Positions 20,327 through 29,341 of a DNA stretch of 64,000 bases are shown here, piece after piece. Origin of the DNA: Candidatus Nomurabacteria bacterium (GTDB lineage Bacteria; Patescibacteriota; Patescibacteriia; Magasanikbacterales; UBA922); NCBI GenBank assembly GCA_020632445.1, contig JACKFN010000004.1, positions 4,952-68,951 on the forward strand, read 5' to 3'. Positions within the stretch are counted from its first letter, which is position 1; each line of letters opens with the position of its first letter. The notes under the pieces are model-generated. The model searched no databases, was not told the DNA's origin, and worked only from the letters and a program-made list of their open reading frames with translations. The position numbers and the translations under genes were made by a program.

Positions 20327-20938
20327 ATGAAAAAACTGAAGTACATTTTCATGGTTGCCATCTTTGGGATAAGCCTAGCACCGAGCGTGGCTTTTGCTGG
20401 AGTTGCCTCTGATCTCAACGCGCAACTTGGTGCAGGAGCCAAACGTGCTGAGTACGGAGAGGCGCAAGATCCAAGGAATTTGGTAGAAGAAGTGATTAAA
20501 GTCATCCTCGAGCTTACCGGGACTATATTTTTGGTGTTAATTATCATTGGTGGTTTTCATTTTTTTACCTCAGCGGGTGATGAAGAAAAAGCAACAAAGG
20601 GAAAGGCATATATTCGAAATTCCACCATTGGTCTTGCGGTGGTTTTGGCATCGTATAGCATTACGCTTTTTGTCGTTTCGCAGACACAGCAGGCGGTGAC
20701 TCCCGGGGGACCTGGTTCTGGTCCGCGAGATGTCGTTCCTCCAGGTACGGCTCCTGGCGAGATCGTTATGTGTTGTGATGTTGAATACCGTGGAATTCTT
20801 GTCGATGACTCAGAGACTTTTATTGTCCAGCAAGAAAGCGATTGTTACAGCCGATGTGATCGTCCAGGAGAAAATGGAGCCCCAACCACCTGTGTGGTTT
20901 CTCGTGTTACCAAAAATGAATGCGTAAATAGACACTAG
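20327..20938 (+). CDS. T4SS-pilin-like protein with a Cys-containing C-terminal extension
   Basis: The start was trimmed to MKKLKYIF right after the upstream stop. Core IIGGFHFFTSAGDEEKATKGKAYIRNSTIGLAVVLASYSI. Confidence 0.55.
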   Translation: MKKLKYIFMVAIFGISLAPSVAFAGVASDLNAQLGAGAKRAEYGEAQDPRNLVEEVIKVILELTGTIFLVLIIIGGFHFFTSAGDEEKATKGKAYIRNSTIGLAVVLASYSITLFVVSQTQQAVTPGGPGSGPRDVVPPGTAPGEIVMCCDVEYRGILVDDSETFIVQQESDCYSRCDRPGENGAPTTCVVSRVTKNECVNRH

Positions 20939-20945
20939 GGCCTTT

Positions 20946-21446
20946 ATGAAAGCACAAAAAAAACATAAATTCTACTTTGTACTTACACTTGTGATAATGG
21001 TAATTTTTTTGCTTCCCGAGGCTTCACATGCACTGAGCAGAGCCGTTGGCCAAACCAGTGCTGTTGCCGGCTCTCAAGGGGCAAATTTTGGTGAAGCTGC
21101 AGACCCACGCGTTGTCGTGGCAAAGGTTATCAAGAATATACTTGGGATCATGGGAATTGCTATGGTTGGTTTTTATGTCTATGCAGGCGTTCTTTGGACA
21201 TCTGCTGGCGGTAGCCAAGACCAGGTTGATAAAGCAAAAAAAATCATACGGTACAATGTTATCGGAACCATCATTATCTTTATGGCGTATAGCATTACGT
21301 ATTTTATATCTACTTCATTTTCTCGTGCGACAGTGGATAAACCTGAGGGGCAGTGGCAGATTGATATTGGCGAGGACCAAGATCGATTTGATAGGCCAAA
21401 TGTTTACCGGACACCAAGCAACGAAGCCTACTATAACACGAACTAA
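20946..21446 (+). CDS. T4SS-pilin-like protein
   Basis: VYAGVLWTSAGGSQDQVDKAKKIIRYNVIGTIIIFMAYSI. Confidence 0.55.
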   Translation: MKAQKKHKFYFVLTLVIMVIFLLPEASHALSRAVGQTSAVAGSQGANFGEAADPRVVVAKVIKNILGIMGIAMVGFYVYAGVLWTSAGGSQDQVDKAKKIIRYNVIGTIIIFMAYSITYFISTSFSRATVDKPEGQWQIDIGEDQDRFDRPNVYRTPSNEAYYNTN

Positions 21447-21478
21447 AAAACACCACGGTCCATTCGTGGTGTTTTTTT
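21445..21478. terminator. bidirectional rho-independent terminator
   Basis: aaaaaacaccacggtccattcgtggtgttttttt, between convergent genes. Confidence 0.6.
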
Positions 21479-22562
21479 ATCCTTCTATTATCATTTTCGA
21501 TGGACGCTTTTTGTAGGTAAGAGGGCTGTATAAAAAGTCTTTTTTGAGTATTTTTTCTATTGTATCTGCGAGGCTTTCTTTTTGTGAAATGTGCTTTCCC
21601 AAATGATGTTGCTCAATAAATTGGGCGTTGTCTATTTCCTGGCCAGGAATTGGCTCTATTGCCAAGAGAGGTTTTTGTAGTGTGATGCACTCGGATGTCG
21701 TAATTCCTCCAGGTTTAGAGATAACAACATCGCTGCATCGCATGAAATTTTGCATTTGATCCGTCCAGCCATGTGCTTGGTAATGGTGCTGTTTTGGGGC
21801 AAGGTTCTTTAAAGAAGCTTGGAGTTTTGCATTCTCTCCAGCGATGGCAACAATATTGCAGGGGTGTGAAATACCATCAATAGCTATACGGACATAATGA
21901 TCAAGAGGAATGAGTCCGTGACCACCAGCCAAAAAAAGGAGTGTTGGGAGATTATCTTTGAGGTTAAGCTGTTTTTGCAGGTCAGTGAGGCTATAGGTAT
22001 CATAAAATGCGCTTCGGATAGGGATGCCGGAGACAACTGTATTTGCTTTGGGGACAAACTTTTTGAGTTCATCGGAAGTCGATTCTGCAGCAACAAAATA
22101 GCGTCGCATGTTTGGGTGGGCCCAAAGGGCATGTACGCCATAATCAGTGAGAACAGCGTCAACGGGAATCGATATGCTACGATCTTTATTCATGTCTGAA
22201 AACACATGCGCTGGCAAAAAATGCGTAGCAATGATTCTGTCTGGTTTGTAGTCTGCTACAAAATCATTTAGCTTTTTAGCATGCATGATATGTACGAGTT
22301 TTGAAAGTTCACTGAGTCCTTTTGAGGCAGAAGGTCTATTCGCATTTTTGTATAAAAATCCCCAGAGCGTGGGGAAGCTTTTGATAAAAGATTCATAGGA
22401 GTTGGCAACCAGTTTTTTGGCTTTTCCACTTACCAGTTCCAGCAGGTCTATGTGTTTGGCGTCAATACCCTGGGCATGTGCCTCTTGTTCGAGTGCAACA
22501 GCGGCGCTTGTGTGGCCTGAGCCGGCTGAGACTGACAAAATAAGGATTCGTTCTTTTTTCAT
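21477..22562 (-). CDS. glycosyltransferase family 28 (MGDG synthase / UgtP-like diacylglycerol glycosyltransferase)
   Basis: N-terminus ILILSVSAGSGHTSAAVAL and a C-terminal GT-B fold with ISKPGGITTSE. Confidence 0.65.
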   Translation of the reverse strand: MKKERILILSVSAGSGHTSAAVALEQEAHAQGIDAKHIDLLELVSGKAKKLVANSYESFIKSFPTLWGFLYKNANRPSASKGLSELSKLVHIMHAKKLNDFVADYKPDRIIATHFLPAHVFSDMNKDRSISIPVDAVLTDYGVHALWAHPNMRRYFVAAESTSDELKKFVPKANTVVSGIPIRSAFYDTYSLTDLQKQLNLKDNLPTLLFLAGGHGLIPLDHYVRIAIDGISHPCNIVAIAGENAKLQASLKNLAPKQHHYQAHGWTDQMQNFMRCSDVVISKPGGITTSECITLQKPLLAIEPIPGQEIDNAQFIEQHHLGKHISQKESLADTIEKILKKDFLYSPLTYKKRPSKMIIEG

Positions 22563-22617
22563 ATACAGATAGTATACGTGAGAATGTTACTTGGCTCAAC
22601 AAAAAAACACGCACGGG

Positions 22618-22689
22618 GGTGACCAACGGGAATTGAACCCGTGATAAGGGTACCACAAACCCCTGTGTTACCACTACACCATGGCCACC
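22618..22689 (-). tRNA. tRNA-His (anticodon GTG) with encoded G-1 pairing to C73
   Basis: The reverse complement folds as a cloverleaf: acceptor GTGGCCA/TGGTCAC, anticodon loop TTGTGGT, T-arm ACGGG-TTCAATT-CCCGT, and an extra 5' G. Confidence 0.85.
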
Positions 22690-22828
22690 CCACTGCGTGC
22701 TTTAGGCGTGACGAGAGGTATTATAGGGGAAAATGGGAGGTTTGTCAAGAATAGACCGGTATGTAGGAGGATAAAAAATCCAGGCTTCAGCTGGATTTTT
22801 TGAGGAGATATTGATAAGTACCTATTGA

Positions 22829-23575
22829 CTATTTCCCTCCTGCCCTTTCAAAGGCTCGAAGAATCTCAAGTGGAACCGCAAATATGACCGTATTTGATTG
22901 GTCTGAAGAAAGGTCGTTGAGGGTGTTGAGCGTACGCAAATGAAGTGCTCCTGTTTGGCTGGCAAGCATTTCAGCAGCTTTTTGAAGATTTTCCGCCGCT
23001 ACAACCTCACCGCTTGATTTGATGATTACCGCACGTCTTTCACGTTCTGCTTCTGCCTGTTTTGCGATGACTCGTTGCATTTCGTCTGGCAGGATAACGT
23101 CTTTGAGTTCTACTGAATCAACAAGGATTCCCCATGGGTCGGTTGCCTTGTCGACAATGGTTTCAATCTTTTTTGCAGCAGCATCTCTGTTGGCAAGAAG
23201 CTCGTCGAGCTCCATTTCACCGACGACATTTCTCATGGTTGTCTGCGCAAGCTGAGAGACGGCAAACCAAAAGTTTTCGACTTCCAAAATAGCTTTTGAT
23301 GCATCAGCGACCTTGTAATAGATAACGGCGTTTATTTTACAAGAAACATTATCTTTGGTAATGGCTTCTTGAAAAGGAACATCTACGGCTTTGATACGCA
23401 TGTCCACTTTGGTCATGCTTTGTACTACCGGCAAGATGATGCGCCAACCTGGGTTGACGACTTTATGAAATTTTCCGAAAAAGAATTTTACTCCACGTTG
23501 GTATTCATTGACTTGGCGAATGGAGATCAAGAGAATGACCAAAATAATTATGAGGAGCGTTCCAAATGGTACCAT
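22829..23575 (-). CDS. SPFH/band-7 (stomatin/prohibitin-like) membrane protein
   Basis: N-terminal TM, then a PHB domain (YQRGVKFFFGKF...VDMRIKAVDVPFQEAITKDNV...ERERRA). Confidence 0.8.
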   Translation of the reverse strand: MVPFGTLLIIILVILLISIRQVNEYQRGVKFFFGKFHKVVNPGWRIILPVVQSMTKVDMRIKAVDVPFQEAITKDNVSCKINAVIYYKVADASKAILEVENFWFAVSQLAQTTMRNVVGEMELDELLANRDAAAKKIETIVDKATDPWGILVDSVELKDVILPDEMQRVIAKQAEAERERRAVIIKSSGEVVAAENLQKAAEMLASQTGALHLRTLNTLNDLSSDQSNTVIFAVPLEILRAFERAGGK

Positions 23576-23646
23576 AGGGATAGGTTAAGCTTTATATAAA
23601 TAGTATTTCAAAAAACAGGGAAGATTTCAAGCCAGGGTGGTGCTGG

Positions 23647-24270
23647 CTATTCGGTGTGGGTGTACAGGTGTGGCCACACGGCATAGCGGAGGTCAGCGTT
23701 TGTCTCCACCTCCATCTGAGCAGATAGAAAGACGGTTCGGTGGTCTGGGGGGAGTACACGCCTTATGCTCACCAGTGGTGAGCGTAGATAAGCGATAGGT
23801 TCTTCGATGACATTTCGTCCTCCGTTGGACGCATGGATCGCTGTGCCTTTCTCGGTCAGAAGTACCACATGTCCTACGGGGGGATCGACATGAGTCCAGC
23901 TGTGGTATCCCAGGGTGAAACCAAGATCGCCATCCTGAAATGGTTCGCCGTTTTTCAGCGCTTGGCCTTGCTGGCTTTGCTCTGCGCTAAAGCGAGGGAG
24001 CCAGACACCCATCTGGCTGTAAATCCACTTTACAAAACTCGAGCAGTCCACGAGCTCAGGGGCAAGGGAAGCACTGACATGCTTTACGTATTGACTCTGG
24101 CCGATTTGACCGCGTGCCATCTCGACGGGGTCGATTCGCTGCCAGGCGCATCCAATAGCCCCCAATGCCTCGTAGATCTGCCTGTCACTGAACTGTTTCC
24201 AGAAGTCGATATTTCGGTCGATCAGACATCGTCCTGCGCGAGCGTGAAAAAGCATAATTCCCCTGCGCAA
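23647..24270 (-). CDS. NlpC/P60 (C40) family peptidase, GC-elevated (about 55%)
   Basis: Catalytic Cys context DCSSFVKWIY plus downstream His (HVVLL). GC is clearly above the flanks. Lies between tRNA-His and tRNA-Arg. Confidence 0.6.
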   Translation of the reverse strand: MRRGIMLFHARAGRCLIDRNIDFWKQFSDRQIYEALGAIGCAWQRIDPVEMARGQIGQSQYVKHVSASLAPELVDCSSFVKWIYSQMGVWLPRFSAEQSQQGQALKNGEPFQDGDLGFTLGYHSWTHVDPPVGHVVLLTEKGTAIHASNGGRNVIEEPIAYLRSPLVSIRRVLPPDHRTVFLSAQMEVETNADLRYAVWPHLYTHTE

Positions 24271-24390
24271 TCGTGTTCCCCCAAAGGAGAAAGATGGTTG
24301 AGAGTTTGTTTTGCTTCGGCACTATTGAAGCAGAAACTCAGCAGGAAGTCAATGCAGAAAAAAAACAGCGTATTTTTGTGCTGTTTTTTA

Positions 24391-24465
24391 TGGTACCCCC
24401 GCTAGGAATCGAACCTAGAACCTCGGCTTAGAAGGCCAATGTTATATCCATTTAACTACAGGGGC
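24391..24465 (-). tRNA. tRNA-Arg (anticodon TCT), CCA encoded
   Basis: Reverse complement GCCCCTGTAGTTAAATGGATATAACATTGGCCTTCTAAGCCGAGGTTCTAGGTTCGATTCCTAGCGGGGGTACCA folds as a cloverleaf with anticodon loop CTTCTAA. Confidence 0.8.
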
Positions 24466-24565
24466 ATGAATTTTGCTTTAGCACTCGACATTGTCAGGGG
24501 CAAAGCATGGTGTTATCCATTTCCCGCCCAAGGCGGGTCCGCCTCGGGCGGAAACTACAGGGGCA
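24466..24565 (-). pseudogene. degenerate partial duplicate of the tRNA-Arg 5' half, interrupted by a 31-nt GC-rich double-hairpin insert
   Basis: GCCCCTGTAGTT[TCCGCCCGAGGCGGACCCGCCTTGGGCGGGA]AATGGATAAC… lies immediately 5' of the intact tRNA and does not fold as a tRNA. Confidence 0.35.
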
Positions 24566-24607
24566 TCTTGGGCAATGGGATCATTTTAGGGCAAAAGGAC
24601 CAAAAAG

Positions 24608-25558
24608 TCAAGGTGAGCCCTTCTTTCTGTGAAATTTTTTGTGAACTTTTTTGAGACCCTTATCTGTGATGTGAGTATATATCTGTGTGGTAGTAATAGA
24701 AGAATGACCAAGCATGGATTGCACGCTACGGATGTCAGCACCATTTCCTAGCAGATCAGTGGCAAAGGAGTGACGAAGTGTATGAGGGGTCACTGGTTTG
24801 GTGATACCGGCTGCTTTTGCCCATTTTTGAACAATGCGTTGCACGGAACGGGGCGTAAGGCTTCTTTCAGCGCTTCGATCGCTTGTGGTCCTTTTGTCGT
24901 GAGATACAAATAAACTTGAACAGATATCTTTGCGGGTACGCAAATACTTTTCTAAGGCACGCTTGGCATCCTCAGACAAAAAAGCAATGCGCCGTTTTCC
25001 ACCCTTTCCACTGACAGAAAATTCATCTCGCTTGAGGTTGATATCTTTTTTTTCAAGCTTTGCAAGTTCCGATACACGAAGGCCTGTACAAAAAAGCATT
25101 TCTAGTATGGCCTTGTCCCGAACGGGTATTAGTGGGTTCCCAACAGTTTTTTCCTTGAGGGGTGCTTCCAGAAGACGAAAGACCTCATCTTGCTCGAGGA
25201 AGGTTACCTCGCGATCTGGCATCTTCATCAGCTCGATTTTTTCTGGGGCAAGTGTTTTTACATCTCTTTTGGCCAGATACTTGAGAAAGGAGCGAAGGGC
25301 AATGAGGTGGTAGTTCTGTGTATTTTTTTTGAGTTCATCTCCGTGGACATCGATAAGACGGTTGAGCCACAAGCGGTATTTGCGAACATCTTCGCCGGTG
25401 ATGCTTTCGGGATTTTTGTCGCCAAACCATTCAATAAACCGCCTCAGGTAGAAATCATAATTTCGCAGTGTCTTCTGGCTGCGATTTTTTTCAATTTCAA
25501 GGTGTTCAAGAAATTGTACGAGATATTTTGAGAGTTTCATGTATATATTGTACGACAC
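24608..25558 (-). CDS. xerC: tyrosine site-specific recombinase, XerC/XerD family
   Basis: N-terminal SAM-like domain and a C-terminal catalytic domain with R…HTLRHSFATDLLGNGADIRSVQSMLGHSSITTTQIYTH. Confidence 0.85.
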   Translation of the reverse strand: MSYNIYMKLSKYLVQFLEHLEIEKNRSQKTLRNYDFYLRRFIEWFGDKNPESITGEDVRKYRLWLNRLIDVHGDELKKNTQNYHLIALRSFLKYLAKRDVKTLAPEKIELMKMPDREVTFLEQDEVFRLLEAPLKEKTVGNPLIPVRDKAILEMLFCTGLRVSELAKLEKKDINLKRDEFSVSGKGGKRRIAFLSEDAKRALEKYLRTRKDICSSLFVSHDKRTTSDRSAERSLTPRSVQRIVQKWAKAAGITKPVTPHTLRHSFATDLLGNGADIRSVQSMLGHSSITTTQIYTHITDKGLKKVHKKFHRKKGSP

Positions 25559-25625
25559 ATTTGCATTTCAATCAACGGTTCTTCATGATAAGTAAAATTT
25601 TGCTAAAATAGGTAAAATTTGCCTA

Positions 25626-25654
25626 TTGACAAAAGTACTTTTTTGTGCTATACT
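25626..25654 (+). promoter_or_regulatory. strong sigma70-type promoter (TTGACA - 17 nt - TATACT) with a roughly 260-nt leader before the next ORF
   Basis: ttgacaaaagtacttttttgtgctatact. Confidence 0.5.
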
Positions 25655-25913
25655 ATGTATGTGAGAAGTTCCAAAAGCGTGTTGTTATCGCCACGGAAAG
25701 TCTCGCACGCAAAAAAAGGTCGAAAACAGACCGAAAATAAAAACAAAAACAAAATATGCATAAGCAAAATAAGGGTGTAAAAGCACCTGCACAGTTTGAC
25801 TTTTCTTTAGTGTATCTCTATTTATTGACTGGTATAGTGATGTTTATATCAGTTTTTTTATTCATACCAAACCTGTCGTAGGAAAAGAGAAGAGACAAGC
25901 ATGGGCATATACG

Positions 25914-26414
25914 TTGCCAAAGGGAAGGTTTTTTATTACAATAGCGCATATGCCTCAATTTTCTTTAGTACTCCCAAATATTCGTTCTTGCCACAATGTT
26001 GGAGCCATGTTTCGTACGGCTGATGTATTTGGGTTTGAAAAACTTTATCTCGTTGGATATACAGCTCAGCCTCCAAAACCTCAGATCGATAAGGTTTCGC
26101 TTGGGGCAGAGCAGTGGGTCTCATGGGAGCACGCCGAGGATCTTGAAAAGCTGATAAGGGAGCTCCAAAAAGATGGAACAAAGGTGATAGCTCTTGAAAA
26201 GTCCGAGATGAGCACAGATATACGCGACTTTCAGATTCGGGAAGAAGAAAACATTGCTCTTGTGGTAGGCAATGAAGTAACCGGCGTTGCACCTGAGATT
26301 CAGCAGCTTTGCGATGGAGTTGTACATATTCCCATGTATGGGAAAAAGGAAAGCCTTAATGTCAGTATTGCCGCTGGTGTTGCTATGTACATACTCAAGC
26401 ATGCTCTAGGATGA
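25914..26414 (+). CDS. SpoU/TrmH-family RNA 2'-O-methyltransferase
   Basis: SPOUT motifs: LVLPNIRSCHNVGAMFRTADVFG, LVVGNEVTGV, SLNVSIAAGVAMY. Confidence 0.75.
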   Translation: MPKGRFFITIAHMPQFSLVLPNIRSCHNVGAMFRTADVFGFEKLYLVGYTAQPPKPQIDKVSLGAEQWVSWEHAEDLEKLIRELQKDGTKVIALEKSEMSTDIRDFQIREEENIALVVGNEVTGVAPEIQQLCDGVVHIPMYGKKESLNVSIAAGVAMYILKHALG

Positions 26415-26546
26415 GTGACAGACTCCGTAAAGCGGGGTTTTTCTTTGTTAAAGGGATTTGATATACTAGAAGTATCTTTAAGAGTGTTGTTCTACTGTAA
26501 ACTTTTTTGATTGTAGACTTTAGGTTTAGAATTTTACTGATGATTT

Positions 26547-27248
26547 ATGTCAGAAACTATTCATTATACATTGCATATTTTTGAGCGGCTTATACGTCAG
26601 ATGCCTCCACTAGTTCCTGAGAAGATCCAAAAGGACATGCACCGCGCATTTGAACAGATGAGGCATAATCCAAGTCTTCAGGAGCAAGATCTCGAGGATA
26701 CCATTGTTGTTTTTGGAAAAAAAGTTTGGCCATATCGTCAGGCCTTTTTGGAATTTTTTCGTGTTCACGAGGGACGGTTGGCAGAAAAAGCATTTCTCAA
26801 GAAAGCAAGTGCTGGCATTAAAAAGAAATACAAAGAGTTTCAGGCAGGAGGAGGCAATTTTCGTGATTTGTATTATGGAAGGCTGGCATTGTTTTTTACT
26901 TCAGAGCAGCGTAATGAAATTTGCGTTTTGCTAGTAGAGGTATACGAAGATGTGAGACGTCATGCCAAACAAGCCGTTCTCAGTAGCCAGCGAGTGCAAT
27001 ATGAAAAAAGAATTGAGGAGTTTAAAAAGGTTCTCAAAGATATCGAAAAGCAGATTGAGGGACTTCATATGATGGCAGATAATGAACAAGAGCATCCTGA
27101 GCTTGCAGAGGAAATTCGTCAACATATACGTGGGTTTGAGCATGGTATTGCATTGCTTGGTCCAAGTATTGATTATACGGCAGTATGCAATTCAGGTCTC
27201 CATTTCCAAATGAGAAAAGAACAAAAGAGAATGCTCAGTAATCGATAA
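26547..27248 (+). CDS. hypothetical alpha-helical protein
   Basis: Native composition, no recognisable domain; co-directional with the cluster below. Confidence 0.4.
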   Translation: MSETIHYTLHIFERLIRQMPPLVPEKIQKDMHRAFEQMRHNPSLQEQDLEDTIVVFGKKVWPYRQAFLEFFRVHEGRLAEKAFLKKASAGIKKKYKEFQAGGGNFRDLYYGRLALFFTSEQRNEICVLLVEVYEDVRRHAKQAVLSSQRVQYEKRIEEFKKVLKDIEKQIEGLHMMADNEQEHPELAEEIRQHIRGFEHGIALLGPSIDYTAVCNSGLHFQMRKEQKRMLSNR

Positions 27249-27250
27249 AT

Positions 27251-27910
27251 ATGGAAAACTATACCAAGAAATTGTTTCAAATTTTACTTGAGAGAAAACC
27301 TGTGGGGATGGACGAAGAAGTATTTGAAAAGGCAAGTGAGCAGTGCAAAAGTATCACGGATGAAGCTATGCCTGAACAGGTTGAAGCGTTCATGATAGAG
27401 TATGGACTTCATGCGTGGCCACTTTGGCAGGCAGAATATGAGCTTAAACAGGAGATAGGAGAAAATTTACAGCAAGAGCTTTTTTTGTCTGCGCTTCCTG
27501 ACGATGTAAGGCAGCGATGGATCGAGTTTCAGATGGAAGGGCATTCTTTTCGTGATGGCGATGCTTATGAGAAGGCTTTTAGCGCTGAGGAGGACGTGCT
27601 TATAGAAAAAGCCAGCGTCGAGGCGCAGGTACAAGCCCGTGAGCAGCTTCGAGCACTTTTGGCTGGAGAAAAGGCATCGGAGTATGAAGCGGCTGCTCAG
27701 AAATATTCCATTGAAAAAGAAGAGATACTCACCAAGCTCAAAGAGCTTGAAGGTCTCAAGAAAAAAGGAAAAAAATGGGCGAGCGAAATAGATCAGGTGG
27801 TTCTGGATACTCGGCGTGGATTTGCTGAAATCAATGAACGACCACAGGTGCAGGAGGTCCAAGGGAAGATCGATTTTTATGTGGGACAGATAGAAGCAGG
27901 AAACAAGTAA
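27251..27910 (+). CDS. hypothetical alpha-helical acidic protein
   Basis: As above; a 2-nt gap to the upstream gene. Confidence 0.4.
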   Translation: MENYTKKLFQILLERKPVGMDEEVFEKASEQCKSITDEAMPEQVEAFMIEYGLHAWPLWQAEYELKQEIGENLQQELFLSALPDDVRQRWIEFQMEGHSFRDGDAYEKAFSAEEDVLIEKASVEAQVQAREQLRALLAGEKASEYEAAAQKYSIEKEEILTKLKELEGLKKKGKKWASEIDQVVLDTRRGFAEINERPQVQEVQGKIDFYVGQIEAGNK

Positions 27911-27911
27911 T

Positions 27912-28436
27912 ATGAAAAAGGTTGCACTTATCGTGGCTGGAGAAGGTTTTCAGTCAAAGGAGTATCTTCCCATAAAAGAGCAGCTTGAAGCTGCAGGGGT
28001 TGTCGTGGTAACGGTCAGTGATGTATCAAGACAGGCAACTGATAATGAAGGGCGGGGATATCCAGTGGATCTAGTGCTCAGTGCAGTAGAGGCTCTGGCA
28101 TTTGATGGAGTTTTTTGGATAGGTGGTTCTGGTACACTTGAGCATCTGGATAATCAAGAGTCAAATAGAATCGCCAATGAGTGTATGCTTTTGCAAAAGT
28201 TCTATGGGGCCATTTGTATTGCTCCTCGTATTTTGGCTAAAGCACATGTGATGACAGGGAAGAAGGCAACCGGTTGGAATGGTGATAATGCACTCGCGCA
28301 GATATATGCCGAAAACAACGTTGAATATATTGCAAAACCGGTAGTTGTTGACGAGTATCTCATCACCGCAGATGGTCCAGGGAGTGCACAACGTTTTGGA
28401 AAAGCAATAGCCGATGTGTTTGCTGCAAAAGTATGA
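27912..28436 (+). CDS. DJ-1/PfpI family protein (class I glutamine amidotransferase-like)
   Basis: Nucleophile-elbow Cys in AICIAPRIL, VALIVAGEGF, and a typical length of about 170 aa. Confidence 0.7.
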   Translation: MKKVALIVAGEGFQSKEYLPIKEQLEAAGVVVVTVSDVSRQATDNEGRGYPVDLVLSAVEALAFDGVFWIGGSGTLEHLDNQESNRIANECMLLQKFYGAICIAPRILAKAHVMTGKKATGWNGDNALAQIYAENNVEYIAKPVVVDEYLITADGPGSAQRFGKAIADVFAAKV

Positions 28437-29341
28437 CACCCAAGAATGCGACCCCAAGCTTTTTAGGGCTTGATTTCTTAGTAGACAAAACAGGAAAGGT
28501 ATATTTCAACGAAATAAATTCTTTTCCTGGTTTTTTTATTTATCATCATGAGCGACTGCCAGAACTTTTTGATTTGATAACTGGTCTTGTGGATCATTAT
28601 GGAAAGGATATTGTTTTGATATATTCAAAGAAAAAGTTTTTTCAGTGGACCAAACAAAATTTGCGGTTTCGAAGGCTCAGTGAGCTCACCGATGGTCAAG
28701 CCCGTATGTGTATTGTGGAAGATCCAAACAATGTAGCATCAGATTTGAGAGATATTTTTGGTCAAAAAGTCAAACATGGGGTGATTTTCACGTCATCAAT
28801 TTCCATAAAAAAACAATTCCAAAAGCGGCGAGGTTTTTCAGTCATAAACAGTATTGAGCTTTCAGAGTTTGTGAGAGATAAATGGAAGGTACATGAATTT
28901 TTTGCAAAATATGCCCCAGAAATATGTCAGCCGAAAACATTTTTGCTCAGTCAAAAAATTGCTATTGGAAAATCAGGCCTGAAGCGATTGGTTCTCAAAC
29001 CTCGCTATGGTATGGGGGGTGAAGGAGTTATATTTACCACCAAGGGAAAGCTTGAGAGCGTTGCCAAACAAAAGGGGATAGTTCGCAGCCAGTATGATCA
29101 ATGGATTGTACAGGAGGTTATTGTCGCAAGGAGAGGATTAAAAGCACAGGAGTACTATGATGTACGCAGCTACCTCATGAACCTTCATTATGTCAACGCC
29201 TTTATGCGTACATCGACGAGTCAGGTCGTAGGTATATCACAAGGTGGTTGTATCAGAGCGCTGCCGAAAAAAGAAAAAGCTCCAATAGAAAAGGCATCTG
29301 CCTTGGTGGCAGATGCTCTCAAAAAGTACTTGGTGTACTAG
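28433..29341 (+). CDS. ATP-grasp domain protein (atypical; the ATP-grasp C-terminal Mg-binding motif EINSFPG occurs at the N-terminus)
   Basis: FLGLDFLVDKTGKVYFNEINSFPGF at residues 10-35, then KPRYGMGGEGVIF later. A 4-nt ATGA overlap with the upstream gene. Confidence 0.5.
   Translation: MTPKNATPSFLGLDFLVDKTGKVYFNEINSFPGFFIYHHERLPELFDLITGLVDHYGKDIVLIYSKKKFFQWTKQNLRFRRLSELTDGQARMCIVEDPNNVASDLRDIFGQKVKHGVIFTSSISIKKQFQKRRGFSVINSIELSEFVRDKWKVHEFFAKYAPEICQPKTFLLSQKIAIGKSGLKRLVLKPRYGMGGEGVIFTTKGKLESVAKQKGIVRSQYDQWIVQEVIVARRGLKAQEYYDVRSYLMNLHYVNAFMRTSTSQVVGISQGGCIRALPKKEKAPIEKASALVADALKKYLVY

Noticed and set aside
24466-24565. Second intact tRNA (or intron-containing tRNA) next to tRNA-Arg
   Set aside because: After removing the 31-nt insert the sequence still lacks a pairing anticodon stem and T-arm. 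Only the first about 25 nt resemble tRNA-Arg. It was called a degenerate partial duplicate instead.
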